Source of the DNA: the human T2T-CHM13v2.0 reference genome, Homo sapiens
Length of the DNA stretch: 64,000 nucleotides
Direction: 5' to 3' (one strand)
Assembly (NCBI RefSeq): GCF_009914755.1
Contig: NC_060926.1
This document shows, in pieces, positions 15,120 through 29,015 of the stretch (positions are counted from its first letter, which is position 1; each line of letters starts with the position of its first letter). The translations under genes were made by a program, and so were the position numbers. The notes under the pieces are model-generated. The model was not told the origin of the DNA, made no database searches, and worked only from the letters and a program-made list of their open reading frames with translations.

Positions 15120-17637
15120 AAACTATCCCCTGTAAGGACTCTGTCTAGACAGAATACTAACAGAATACTATTTCCTTTTTAACCTAACAATGAGAACATT
15201 TTTACTTAAGTTACAGTAAAACGTCATGTTATAGAAAGACATTGTCACCTTTCTACTAGTAGATGTTAGTTATAGTAAAGTGCACAGGAAGAAATAATTA
15301 GAACAAGGAAATGATTTCTTATTTCTCAATTCCAAGAGTAGCCTTTCATAATTGTTGAGACAATCTGGCCTGTGACCTTATTTCTTCATCAGAGTTGAGA
15401 AGTAGAAAGAGGAACCATACCCATCAGTGGAATCCCAGATCTTCAAAGGGACTGTGTTGGTTCCTTCCCCAGGACTTGCCACAGCTGTGGTGCTTGGTAC
15501 ATTTTCATTGAATTATTGTAAACATATATATGTATTATTCACTCATATTTAGCCAATTCCAGGCCCATAGGAACAAAGCTGACACTTCTGCCAAATGTAT
15601 TTTTCTTTAATCATTTGCTAAAATATTTGTTGACTGAATGGATAACTACACCTCAACCCAAATGACAGGTTCAGTCATCAGCACTCTTCTACTTACCCTT
15701 CAATGACTTGTTCCTCTGTTGTGACAACACTCCCTTTCTTCCTTATATTATTTGAGAAACAGCCTAGTATAGCAGTTAGGCTCTGGAATCTTAGGTTCAT
15801 TTAGAATTGTTTTGAATAGCTTGATGAATTAAAACTTTCCCACTATGTAAATCCAGTGATCACTTAACTCAAGTAACTTGGCACACAATATGTAAACAAA
15901 TAAATACATGTTGAATGTCAAAAGGATGAGCAAATAATTTAATTGTTGATTAAAATGGTGATGGACTGTTGCATTGACTGAGTGCTGGTGAGTCCATGCT
16001 TTGTTTCAGTTGGCTGTGATGGCTGTGACAGGATATGACAGTTCTTATCTATCAGCTTAGTGTTCTGGGAAAGTAACAAATACATTACTAAGCAAGCAAA
16101 CTCCAAGTGATCAGGATCAGGAGTTCTCGGTGTTTTGCTCTTCTTTACCGACAGATTCGAAATCCAATGAATCAAAGAGTCCTACCATTTATATGTCCCA
16201 TGCATATCTCAAGTCTATATTTTCCCAAGCTTCCACATCCTCTACAATCATCCTACAATAGCCTTCTTAGGGGATATGCCTACTTCCACTCTTGCTACCT
16301 CCAATCTGTTCTAAATAGGTGCCCATTATTCTGTATCAGCCTATGTGTTTCCTTCAGGGCACTGTCACACATTTGGTTGTCTACATAGGTAGGTATTTTC
16401 TGTTTCTCCCACTAGACTGTGAGCTGCAGCAGGACAAAGACTTTTCTTATTCACCATTGTAACTCATCTCCTTTCCCTACCCAGTGCCTAATACATAGAA
16501 AGCTTTCCACAAATAGTCAATAAGTAAATGTGTGTAAATTCTCAAAGGCACAGAGACCTCATCTTAATTCACGTTTGTGTCATCAGTACCAAGGACAATG
16601 CCCAAGGCAATGCAGGCACTCCATAAATGTTTGTTCTATGTTTGGTTCAGTTGATGAAGGGATGACTCGCCTCTCCAGGTTTTATAGAAATTTGAATCTT
16701 CTCTATTCTGCCATTTACCAGCTGTGTGACTTTAAGCCCTAATTTCCTCAGCTGCAAAGTTGAAGTGAATGCGTACTTTGTAGGGTTTTTGAGATTACGC
16801 CTGTGAGGGCTCTGCAGAGTGCCTGACATAGGGTGTGTTCATAGTGTCCCCACCTAGCACTGGGGGAAGATTCAAGGAAGAAATCTAAAAGGAAAGAAGA
16901 AAGTGACTCCTTAAGTAGGAGGAAAAAGAAACCCAAACAAGTTTTGCATACAAAAAATCACAAACAACTCCTCCAAGTGGCCCTGGTATTTGTTTTAATC
17001 CAACTCCCTTTGTATTAAAATGTTGAAGGAGAAAAGGGCATAGGATGGGGGAGAAAGGAGGGCCAACTATATTGTTTTGCCCTGTTCCAAGTCCTCTTCA
17101 GCAATGACTTGACAGCTGCTCATCATTTTGAGTTTTTCAACTATGTGGTAATTAATATTTATAAATAAAGTGCAGTGGTTGCTCCCAAGGACTAGGCACT
17201 ATTTAGAATCTAGCCATCCATTTAGCACATCGTAATTGAAACCCTTCAGTGTCTTGTACTGCTCTTGGGGTTCAAACTTGAACCCTAACTCAGTCTGCAA
17301 GGGTCTGGACCTTGCCCACCATTTTTGCCTGATGTCACCCCAATCTCACCCTTGTCCCCCAAGCTCTCACTCTTTGAGCTCTTCTTGGAGTTCAGCCACA
17401 GGACCTTTGCATATGTGCTTCCCTTTGCCCGGATGACTCCTGGGTTAACTAGATTTGGCTACAGCTCAAGTAAGGGCACTTCTTCAGACACTTCCCTGAC
17501 CGTGCAGCAGTCTTGGTTTTGGAATCTTCTAGTCATTCACAGTAGGGTCTTACTTGTAATTATACACCAAATTGTGTAGTTGTTTTGCTTATGTCTGTTT
17601 CCCCCTGTACTCTGAGAACAAGACAATGAATAGCTTG

Positions 17638-18105
17638 TGTCAGGCCTCTGAGCCAAAGCTCAGCCATTATAACCTCTGTGACCTGCATGTACACATCCAG
17701 GTGGCCTGCAGGAGCCAAGAAGCCTGGAGCAGCCAAAAAAAACGCAAAGAAGTAAAACAGCCAGTTCCTGCCTTAACTGATTAACCAACATTACAACATT
17801 TTGCCATTGTGACTTGTCCCTGCCCTACCTTAGCCGATCAATCGACTTTGTGACATTCTTCTTCTGGACAATGAGTCTTATGATCTCCCCACCCTGTACC
17901 TTGTGACCCCTTCCTCTGCTAACAATAGATAACCACCTTTTACTGTAATTTTCCATTACCTAGACAACTCCTATAAAGCAACCCCTTCCCCATCTCCCTT
18001 CGCTGACTCTTTTTCGGACTCAGCTGACTTGCACCTAAGTGAATAAACAGCCTTGTTGCTCACACAATGCCTGTTGGTGGTCTCTTCACACGGATGCGCT
18101 TGACA
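17638..18105 (+). mobile_element. Solo LTR of the HERV-H LTR7 family (LTR7C-like)
   Basis: Starts TGTCAGGCCTCTGAGCC and ends CTCTTCACACGGATGCGCTTGACA. Perfect 5-bp TSD GCTTG. TATAAA near 17972 and AATAAA at 18042. Confidence 0.88.
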
Positions 18106-18439
18106 GCTTGGTTATCCAAGCGCCCGGATGGTGCTCAGCAAGTGGCAAGTGCTCAATAAATGTGGGTTGAATGAATGAATGGGTGAAAGATTCCCGGAGC
18201 TCCTGTAGGGAACTGAGGACCCAAGAGTGAGGAAGCCAGGTCCCCTTCCCCATCCGCGGGGAAATTGGAGGTGGCGGGGGGACACAGATCAATAAACTAA
18301 GAAACAAGTCTCGCTCATCTCTCCAGCTGGTGTGCGATTCCTCAAACTAACCCTTCCCCAATCACCGAGGGTTCGAATGAAGGGGTGGGATGCTGAAGGC
18401 AAGCGCTGGGTGATCGATCAGCTGAACAATGGTCAGATC

Positions 18440-19010
18440 CTGGTGGAGATCCCAGGTCCTCAGCCAGGCGGCAGGAGCCCGCGCTGCCCGGCTCGGGCTG
18501 GCTGCCAGTTGACCCCTCTCCCCGTCCCTCGTGTCCCACGCGGCGCACTCTCGCCAACGCCCGGCGCGCCAGCCAATGCGCCCGGGCCGCTGTAGCTGCT
18601 CCGGGGCCAGGGCGCTGGGCCAGCTCTGGCGCCCGGCGCTTGTGATTGGCTGCCCCCAGCCTCAGCCCAGCGCGCCCTCCCACCCAGGGCGCAGTTGGGT
18701 CCCCGCTCGCTGCCTAGCCTCTGCCTTTTCCTCTCCGCCCAGCCAGTGCCCAGCGCGGGGCCCGGATCCGGCCGGGCACTTCCCACAGGCGCCGCAGAGC
18801 AGCGTGGGTGCAGGCTGCAGTGGCTGGCGCCGTCCTCGCCCGGCCAGGCCATGAAGGTAGAGTTTGCACCGCTCAACATCCAGCTGGCGCGGCGGCTGCA
18901 GACGGTGGCCGTGCTGCAGTGGGTCCTGAAATACCTGCTGCTCGGTAAGGACCCCGCCCCCCGGGCCGCGGGGCTTGGGCTCCATATCCTCCCTCGGGAC
19001 GGTCCGGATT
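18440..19010. promoter_or_regulatory. CpG island / promoter of MOGAT1
   Basis: GC- and CpG-dense around exon 1. CCAAT at 18573-18577 and inverted ATTGG at 18645-18649. Confidence 0.85.
18851..18944 (+). CDS. MOGAT1: Monoacylglycerol O-acyltransferase 1, coding exon 1
   Basis: gccATG start; MKVEFAPLNIQLARRLQTVAVLQWVLKYLLL plus G; donor GTAAGG; 94 nt. Confidence 0.97.
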
Positions 19011-19953
19011 CCAGGACCTGCATAGAACCTTCCAACCCTCGTTCCCCTGTCGGCCAGAGCAGGCAGGTCAAAGAGGGCATTTGGAGCTAACGTGGACTCT
19101 GGTTTCCTCACGAGAACCTCATCGCTAACGACTGTTTAATTTTATTTTCTCCTGCGTTACTTTTTTAAATTGAGGTGCACCTTGCCTACAATAAAAGGCG
19201 CAGTTATACGGATACAGCTCGATGACTTTTGGCGACTGTATCTACCAAAATGTAACCATGACCCCATCGAACGCATGAGCACTTTAACCCCTCAAAAGTT
19301 GGCAAACTCGTTTCTCGAACTGTTGATTCATAGATGGCAAAGTAATGCCTCAGTAGTTAAAACCTTGTTCCTTCTCCCTCTTTGTCTCCCCACCCTCCTG
19401 ACAAAGAGCAGTGTTCCCTTTCCCGTTTTGGAGATTTCCTGGATGCATAGCAGTACCTTTCTGTAAAGAAGGCTGCACCACTCATTGCATTTGGTTGAGC
19501 GGTTTCTCTCTGGAAATAGTTTGACTCAGTAGCGTGTGTGTTCCAGTTGGTTCCCAAGTTGAGCCCATGAAACATACACGAGCCGAATCATTAGATGGGG
19601 CAAAAACGTGGGTGGTTTTTGTTTTTGTTTTTTGTTTTTTCCTTCATATTTGTTCTGCTCTTGAAGTAAATAGGGGTGATGTGGGAGGAGGGAGGAATTT
19701 GGGGGAGACCCTTCTATTGAAACATAAACTCTTCTGAAGACTAAGATCATGTGTATGCTGTAAGATCATGGATTGTACAGCGTTGGGGTGGTAATAATAG
19801 TAATAAACCCATTGCATTGGAGAGTTTTACACTTTTAAAACTGCTTTTACATTTCGAAAGCCTGAATCAGTGGTTCTCAACCCTGGCTCTAGATGAGAAT
19901 CACTGGAGAAGCTTCTAAAAAGTACAGATGCCCAGGCTCCATCCTGGAATTTG

Positions 19954-20286
<333 letters not shown>

Positions 20287-20954
20287 CATCCCTGGAATTT
20301 CTAAGTCATTTGTTTCAGAATGAAGTCTGTACACCTTTTTTTTTTTCCTTTTTCCTCTTAAGAACTCTCCGAGTGACTCTCCTGTGCTGCTAGGTAGAAT
20401 TTACCAAAAAAAAAAAAAAAAAAAAAATGTAATTCAAAGTGTTAACTCATTAAGTCCTCACAGACTACACCGTGAGGCAGGGTTGCTCTGGATCAAAGCA
20501 CCATGGAGATAACAACACACGACCTTATCTAGCGCTTGGTATGTGCCAGGTGCTGTTCTAAGCAACATCCACGATTAACTAGCAATCTTCACAACATCCC
20601 TGTGAGGTAAGGACTATTCCTACACTCCTGGTACAGATGAGGGAACTAAGAGATGAAGTAAATTGCTCAAGGCGATGAAGCTAGCAGGACGTGGTAGAGC
20701 TGGTTTCAAACCCAAGTATTCTGCCCAAAGTGTCTGCTTTAACCACTAAACTGCTCTCTTAAATGGCCTGAACTTGGAGTCCGACTTCCTAACCGATCAT
20801 TCAACACATCTCTGATAGCCACTGTTCTTTTCTTTCATGGCACTTATCATTGCTTGTATCTGTGTATGGCTGTGGTGACTTCAGAAAGTTCTCTATGGCT
20901 GTCTTAGTCTACAAGCTTAGTGAGGAAACACACAGTATATGTCTGGCCCATGGA

Positions 20955-21011
20955 AGATATACACGAATACTTGAGATATACACAAATACTTGAGATATAC
21001 ACAAATACTTG
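20955..21011. repeat. 19-bp tandem repeat, 3 copies
   Basis: AGATATACAC(G/A)AATACTTG three times. Confidence 0.95.
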
Positions 21012-21539
21012 TTGAATGGCTGTTTCTGGTCTATCACCCAGAATAGGAATTATGCACCCACCAGATCCCTAGAGTATTAACTCATGTAATCCTCACAGCA
21101 ACCTGGTGAGGGAGGACTACCCGTTACCCTCATTTTACCAATGAAGGAACTAGGAGATAAAGTGAGTTACTCAAGATCACATGGCCCAGTAGTGGAAAGT
21201 CGAGACACATGTGACCGCATGTGAGTGGATTAGTGACGAGGACATGGCAGATGCTCAATGACCTGTGTCTAATTTGAATCAAACTACAGTGGTTCTAGAT
21301 CCAATTCACCTCAATGTTTTTGTTTCACACATTTGACATTAGTGTTAGCAGGAGCATATTTTGTATTATATATCTTGGAAATTATATTGTGGGAAATTTC
21401 AAACATACAGAAACTAGAGAGAAGAGTATGAATTCCCATATACCCATGACCTAGGTTTATAATTATTTAATAATTTGCCATATATGTTTTATCCATTATT
21501 TTGCAAAAATATTTTAAAACAAATCACTTTTTTTGTATA

Positions 21540-21735
21540 ATTTTTTTTTAAGTTTTAGGTTCAGGAGTACATGTGCAGGTTTGTTATGTAGGTAAATTGA
21601 TCATCATGGGGATTGTACAGATTATTTCATCACCACAATAATTGGCATAGTACCCAGTAGGTAGCTTTTCCTCCTCATCCTCCACCCTCCACCCTCATGT
21701 AGGCCACAGTGTCTGTTGTTTCCTTCGTGTCTAGT
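21540..21735 (-). mobile_element. L1P 3'-end fragment
   Basis: TACATGTGCAGGTTTGTTATGTAGGTAAA is a typical reverse L1P 3' end. Confidence 0.65.
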
Positions 21736-22535
21736 GAATTCACACATTAAGATATTTTAATACTAAATACTTTAGTTTGCATATTTTAAAAATAAGTATT
21801 TTGTGTGTAACCATAGTACTCTTGTCATACCTAGCATAGTTAACAAAAATTACTTAAAATCATGTAAAACAAGTTCAGATATCCTAAATTGTACCAAAAC
21901 TACACCTTTTTTCTTGTTCTTTTTTCTTTTTGGTAGAAATGGGGCCTCCTTATGTTGCCCTGGCTGGTCTCAAACTCCCAGGCTCAAGTGATCCTCCTGC
22001 CTCAGCCTCCCAAAGTAACGGGATTACAGGCGCTAGCCACTGCACCCAGACAAAATACACTTTTACTAGCAATTTCTTTGAGCCCAAATCCAAATAAGAC
22101 CCATGCATTATATTTGGTTTTTATGTCTTTCAGGTAGAACAGTGTCTCCCCTTTGTTTTCTTGTCAGTGAAACCTTGATGAAACCATTTGACATGGGTCC
22201 TGCAGGATGTCTCACTTTGTGAGTTTGTCTGCTTCTTTGCAGGGTTAACTTGTTCCTCTATCCCTTGTATTTCTTTTAAAAGATGGAAGTTAGAGCTAAA
22301 TGCTTGATTAGATTTAGATGAAACCTTCTGGGCAAGACTTCTTCCCAGGTGTTGCTGTGCACTTCATGTTACATCACATCAGGATGCACAGAGTGTCTGC
22401 TTGTCTCATTATTTGTGTCTACAATTGGTCAGTGGGTCTAGGAAGGAAGTAATCCGAGGTGATGACTGGCATGCTGCAATCTTTCATCTAGTGATTTAAG
22501 TCATGATGCTTGCCCGAATTACCTGTTTTATTTGA

Positions 22536-22824
<289 letters not shown>

Positions 22825-23859
22825 GGTAATTTTCTTATTCTATCATTTATTCTTCATTTATTAGCTAGAATTTCTGCAGTTAAAAATTTTGTCTCATCAT
22901 GTAGCACCATTTGACTACCCTACAATTCAATTCTTACAGGAAATAAAGGATAAATACTCTTCTTTCCATTTAATTATCAAGTTTCAAGTAAGGAGTTGAT
23001 ACAATAGTTACTTCCAGTGGTGACGAGAGATGTTTTATTAATGATGTTTTAAGATCTCTAAATCAAAATCCCAGAATGCATTTTTCTTCCCATCACCAGG
23101 AAAGTGAGTTTAAGCTATTAGTACTTGGAATATATTTTAAAGTAGCAAAATGTTTCATTTAGTAATAAAATCAAACAGTAAGCCCTCCTTCTCTGGCCCC
23201 CAACCCCCCTTCCCAAGCAACCACTGATCTCCTTTTTTTTTTTTTTTAAATACAGACGGGGTCTCTCTATGTTGTCTAGGTTGGTCTTGAACCCCTTGGC
23301 TCAAGGGATCCTCCCACCTTGACCTCTTAAAATGCTGGGATTACAGGTGTGAGCCACACTGTGCCTGATCTGATCTGATCTGATCTGTCACCACAGATTA
23401 GTTTGCATTTTCTAGAGTTTTGTATAAATGGAATCACATCATATATACTCTCTTTTTGTCTGGCTTCTTTCACTCAGTGTAATTATTTTGAGACGGTTTC
23501 TCATATATATCAATAGTTCATTGCTTTTTGTTTCTAAGCAGCATCCTCTTGCATGGATATATTGCAAATTGTCCAGCCATCTATTGATGAATATTTGGCT
23601 CATAGCTATTATGAATAATACCACTGTGAACTTTCACCTACAGATATTTGTATGAACATATACTTTCTTTATTCATAGGTAAACCAAGAATGTAATGCCT
23701 TGATTATATGACAGTTGCAGGTTTAACTTTTCCAGAAACCACCAAAGTTTCTTCCAAAGTATTATATCATTTTACATTCTCACTGGCAGGGCATGAGAGC
23801 TCTAATTGCTCCATGTCCTTACCATCACTTGATGTAGTCTTTTTAATTTTTGCAATTTT

Positions 23860-25348
23860 TTTCTTGTGATACTGATCAATTTTAATTCTAGCACTTGAAG
23901 CTATATAAGGGTATGCTCTATAAACTTCATGGGATTTTTGTACACATTCAATAAAGTGACAACTTTGTACTTTAGTATCTAAAAATCAGGAACATGCTTT
24001 TGAATTGTTTAAACACAATCCACAGAATTAAAAAACAAAGTCAGAAGCCATCCACAATTATACTAATTGTCAACTAAAGTTTTACACTTCATACTTGAGA
24101 TATAACAGTCAATATCTAGTAGGGAATACTGAAAATGATTTCAGAGTCTCATCCTGTTGTACTCTATTGGGAAGGTTTCTTGAGCAGATATGTGACTGGC
24201 CAAAGGTGGGTACAACCAAAACCAGACCAGCAAGTAAAAGTTCTACCACAGCTTCTATAGTTTCCACTTTTTATGTTTTGTCAGTTAAAAGTGAACAATG
24301 AGAATTAAATACTTATCTTTACATATTTACAAGGTATGTTGTGAAGTATATTTGCTCATAAACATATAAAAATACTTATTGGCTGGGCACAATGGCTCAC
24401 ACCTGTAATCCCAGCACTTTGGGAGGCCGAGGCGGGTGGATCACGAGATCAGGAGATCAAGACCATCCTGGCTAACACGGTGAAACCCTGACTCTACTAA
24501 AAAGCTACCACGCCTGGCATATATATTTTAATGAAATCAGAAATTTTGAAGCAGCCTTGGCATTTCCTTTAAATTTGTCTGGAAATGACTGTTGTATTAG
24601 CTTCATGGGAAGGACTTACCAGCTTCTAGGTCTAAGGCTAACGTGATGATCATTTGTCTAAGGCTAGAAAGGTACTAATGAGATGTAAACTATAAGGAGA
24701 GAAAAAGAAGATGAGGGCTTTTCCTGGAGGCTGATAGCTAAAACTCAAAGGATTCTAGAAAATGACACAGTAGCAGCCTTTCTTGTCTTTTTCTTTCCGT
24801 GTCGATTCTGGTGAAGAAGGAAGTTACTGCTCTTGAAATTTCCTTATAACTTGGACAAGTTAATGGAAAGCTTAATCTACATTCATTCTAATCTTTGCTA
24901 ATGCCTTCTGGGTATGCTGCCTTAAGTTGCCGTACTAACTGTGTCCTTCCTGTGTTTCTTGTCTTTAATGATCCAGATCTGCTTTATTGCCAAATAAAAT
25001 CATTGGAAACTCATCATAATCCTTTACTCTGAGAATCTGTCTTTGAAATGTATAGATTTTTTCCAAAACTGCCTTGACCTGTGACTCAAAAGACCAACAG
25101 GAAGCCCTCACCAGTTTTGATATTCTGTTGTCTCATGGCTCCAACCAAACTCTTCTTGTTCTGCTTTATCTAAAATATCTAGCCAGCCTGCTGTGTTATC
25201 TGTCACACACTGCTTTGCATAGGAATCTTAAGTGATTGGGTCATAACCCATTAGAAAATAGGACTGGATTAACTGGATGATGAGTGCCGACTTGCCCACA
25301 TACTTCCCCCACTGACCACCAGGAGCCAAGAGAATGTTGCTGAGTCCC
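23860..25348 (-). pseudogene. RRAS2 (TC21) processed pseudogene, 5'-truncated, with 3'UTR
   Basis: Reverse strand 25327-24755 encodes degenerate Ras motifs without introns: [49 protein letters not shown], and C-terminal DKKGCYCVIF-stop. It has many stops and frameshifts. TSD AATTTTTGCA(A/G)TTTT at 23845-23859 and 25349-25363. Confidence 0.92.
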
Positions 25349-25740
25349 AATTTTTGCAGTTTTAATAAGTGTGTAGTGGTGTCTCGATGTGGCTTTAATT
25401 TGCATTTCCTCAGTGACTAATGACCGTGAGCATCTTTTCATGTGCTTAGTTGCCATCTCTATTCCTTGTTGAAGTATCTGTTTAAATCTTTTGCCTGGTT
25501 TTTATTGGATTGCTTGTTTTCCTATTGCTGAGTTTTGAGAGTTCTTGTGTATTCTAGATATAAAGTCATTTATCAGCGATGAGCTTTGTATAGATTTTTC
25601 TTTCAGTCTATGGATTATCCTTTCAATCTCTTAACAATGTCTTTTGAAGAGCAGAAGTTTTAATTTTGATGAAGTTAATTGTATCCATTTTTTTAATAGA
25701 TTGTGTTGGGTGTCGTATCTTTAAAATCTTTGCTTAATCT

Positions 25741-26122
<382 letters not shown>

Positions 26123-26771
26123 CTATGATCTATTTAGGGTTAATTTTTGTGTGTGGTACAGTGTCTAAATCCATTTTTCTGCATATATATAATCCAATGG
26201 TTCCAGCTCTTTTTTGGTAGATCACTATCTGCTCTCTACTGCATTGCCCTTGTGCCTTTATCAAATATCAATTGCCCATATATGCATGGGTTTATTTCTA
26301 GACTCTCTAGTCTGTGCCATTGATCTGTTCATCTATCTTGATGCCAGTACCCTGTTGTTTTGATTATTATAGCTTTATAATAATTCTTGAAATCAGATAC
26401 TGTTAGTCTTCAAACTTTGTTGGTGGTATTGTTTTTCACAGGTGTTTTGATTATTCCAAGTCCTTATCAGTTCTATATGCATTTTAGGATCAGGTTAACA
26501 ATTTCCACACCAAAAAACCCTCCTGGGATTTTGATTGGGATTGCTGTTTGATTGGAATTAGCTTATAGTTTAATTTGTAGAAAACTAACTGAACTGATTA
26601 CAGTACATATGTCCTAAAACCAAGAACATTTCTCTTCCACAGCCACAGTACAATTACCCAAATCAGAAAAATAACAATACAATACTATGACCTATAGACA
26701 TTATTCATATTTCAGAAGTTCCCTTACTAATGTCCTGTATAGCAAAGGAATCCACATGTTGTATTTAGTTG

Positions 26772-27212
26772 TGTTAAACAGAAATTATGAGCAGTCATTG
26801 TTTTGGACTGAGCTCCTGCACTAGGCTCCAGCAGACCTGAGCAAACCAAAGTGGAGTCACTCATCCTATGTGCCACATGATCAAACTTGAAACTTCAAGG
26901 AAGCAGGTAGATCTCCAAACAGACCAGTTTTCCTGAAAACAGGAGATTCAGTCTGCCTGAGTCCGTGTAATAAGGAAGTCTGCTTTGCTTTAACTTTATG
27001 AAAAAGCAACCTGAAGTGACATGACAATAGCCAATCCACTTTTTCTTCCCTCTTGTTCTGTTTTCTTTGTTTCTACCTTACCCACTGTTCCACCATTTCT
27101 CGGTAAAAGCTCTCCTTCTATTTTGCAGAATGGAGGCTGCCCTGATTAATGAATAGTGAATAAAAGTCAATTAGCTCCATAACTAAATTTGCTGTAATTT
27201 TGTCTTTTCACA
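26772..27212 (+). mobile_element. ERV1 (MER4-group) solo LTR, subfamily unassigned
   Basis: TG...CA ends, CATTGTTTTGGACTGAGCTCCTGCACTAGG motif, AATAAA near 27158. Confidence 0.6.
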
Positions 27213-28214
27213 TTATTTTGTCTTTTTAGTTCCTTCAATCTGGAAAATTTGGAGAAAGTACATTTTAACATTACGCAAGGGATTCTTGGGCTTTCATAAA
27301 CACTAGTGTGTCTCTTTTATTATGGATTATCTCCATGGATTTCAGTTTGAACTATACAAAGTATTTGTGTTTATAGAAACCTTCCTGAAAGATTTAGAAC
27401 ATGGGGCTGGTTTCAGCCAGATCTTTGTTATAATTTATTTGCCTTCATCAGGCAAGGAAGTAGGTTCAATATTGGCTGTGCTATAAAACAAGAGAAAGGT
27501 ATTTCCCTGTATGTAACACTTTTTAAAAGCAGTGTAGAATAAACCCACATATGAAGAAAACTAGGCTGCAAAATTCTGCAAAGGGGTCTGATGAGATTTG
27601 TCTTTTAGCACAATCCTTAAAAACTCTGGGAGGCAAGTTCTCTTAAAATAGAAATTTTTAAAATCAGAAGAATTTACACTTACATTCTTATATTCTACAG
27701 ATGGCATGGATAGGTATTTAAAAAATATAGTGTCTCCGGGAATAAGAAGGAAAAGAGGTGCTAATGGATTTTTGCTTGCCTCTGAATTTTACTTACTTTC
27801 TCCATACTACGTTAAATGGTTAAAATAAGTATGGAAACAGTTTTCATGCAGAAAAAAATGAAAATTTTTTGGATGAGAATAGGAAGAAACAATACATATA
27901 CAAGTTAAAGTCTTAAATTATTTCTTAATTATGGTCATTATTTAATGCAAGTAAATAAACATTCAGTGGCTTTCACAATGTTTTGGCTGATGCAGGTTGC
28001 TCATGGAGATTTTATAGAACAATTTCACTTATTGTAAATAGCTAGGTGAGTGGAATGGAGTCAGAAAGGGTAGCGACAAGAGAGGGAAAATCATTAATGT
28101 ATGGGAATTGTCTGTGTAAGCACTTAAGCGCTTTCAAGAAGCCACAGACCTGGCCACCACTCCTTGTCGAAAGTCTTCAATTCATGGAAACTGAAAATTT
28201 ATGTCCCTGGTTTT

Positions 28215-29015
28215 GCTGGACCAACCCTTCTCCAACTCTCCAGACACCAACTAGGTATTCTATAGTTCAGTTCTGATGCTGTCTACCTGGAGCTAGGTCT
28301 CACAGGTGAAGAGCTCAGTCTACAAGACTGCCTCAACTTTAGATGCCAACCACAAGTCCAGGTTGGCACTTGTGCTTCTTTCTGACGGCTACAAATTGAG
28401 GATTCACACAACCTCCTCCTTGGACTCTGTCATTTGCTATGATGGCTCATAGCACTCAGGAAAACACTTATGTTTGGCAGTTTATTATAATGGATATGAT
28501 AAATGATATAGATGATTAGGTACCCAGGTAGGGGTCTGAAATGTTCCAAAGCACAGGAGTTTCTGTCCCCATGGTGTTGGGGTACACCAATCTCTCAGCT
28601 TGTGATTGTGTTCACCAACCCAGAAGCTGTCTGAACCCTGGACTTTATGGAGCCTTCCTCATTTAGGCATGATCAGTTACTAACATGATCAGTCACTAAC
28701 TCAATTTCCAGCCCTTCTCCTCTCCCTGACGATGGGGGTGGGGCTGCAGGTTCCAAGCATCTTGGACTGCTTAGTCTTTCAGTGACCAGCCACCATCCTG
28801 GAGCCCACCAAGAGTTGTCTCATTAGAAGAAAAGACATTGCTGTCACTCAGGAAGTTCCAAGGGATTGGGAGCTCAGCGTCAGGACTGGGGTCCAAATAT
28901 TAAGAACAAAAGATGGAAAGATGTACCTAGCACCCCTGTTGATCAGGAAATTACAACCGTTTTAGGAGCCCTAGGCCAGGAACTGGAGGCAGAGACCAAA
29001 TATTATTATGTCACA
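28215..29015 (-). mobile_element. MER21-family LTR
   Basis: Characteristic CAGACACCAACT...TCTACCTGGAG...CAAGACTGCC and ...AGACCAAATATTATTATGTCACA end. Confidence 0.7.

Noticed and set aside
19061-19080. AGGTCAAAGAGGG in intron 1 as a DR1 element
   Set aside because: The second half-site is too degenerate.
18342-19111. Overlapping 100-200 aa ORFs on both strands, including an in-frame TTG-initiated extension of MOGAT1 (18695)
   Set aside because: GC-rich CpG islands are poor in stop codons. Only the ATG at 18851 has a good Kozak context and a family match.
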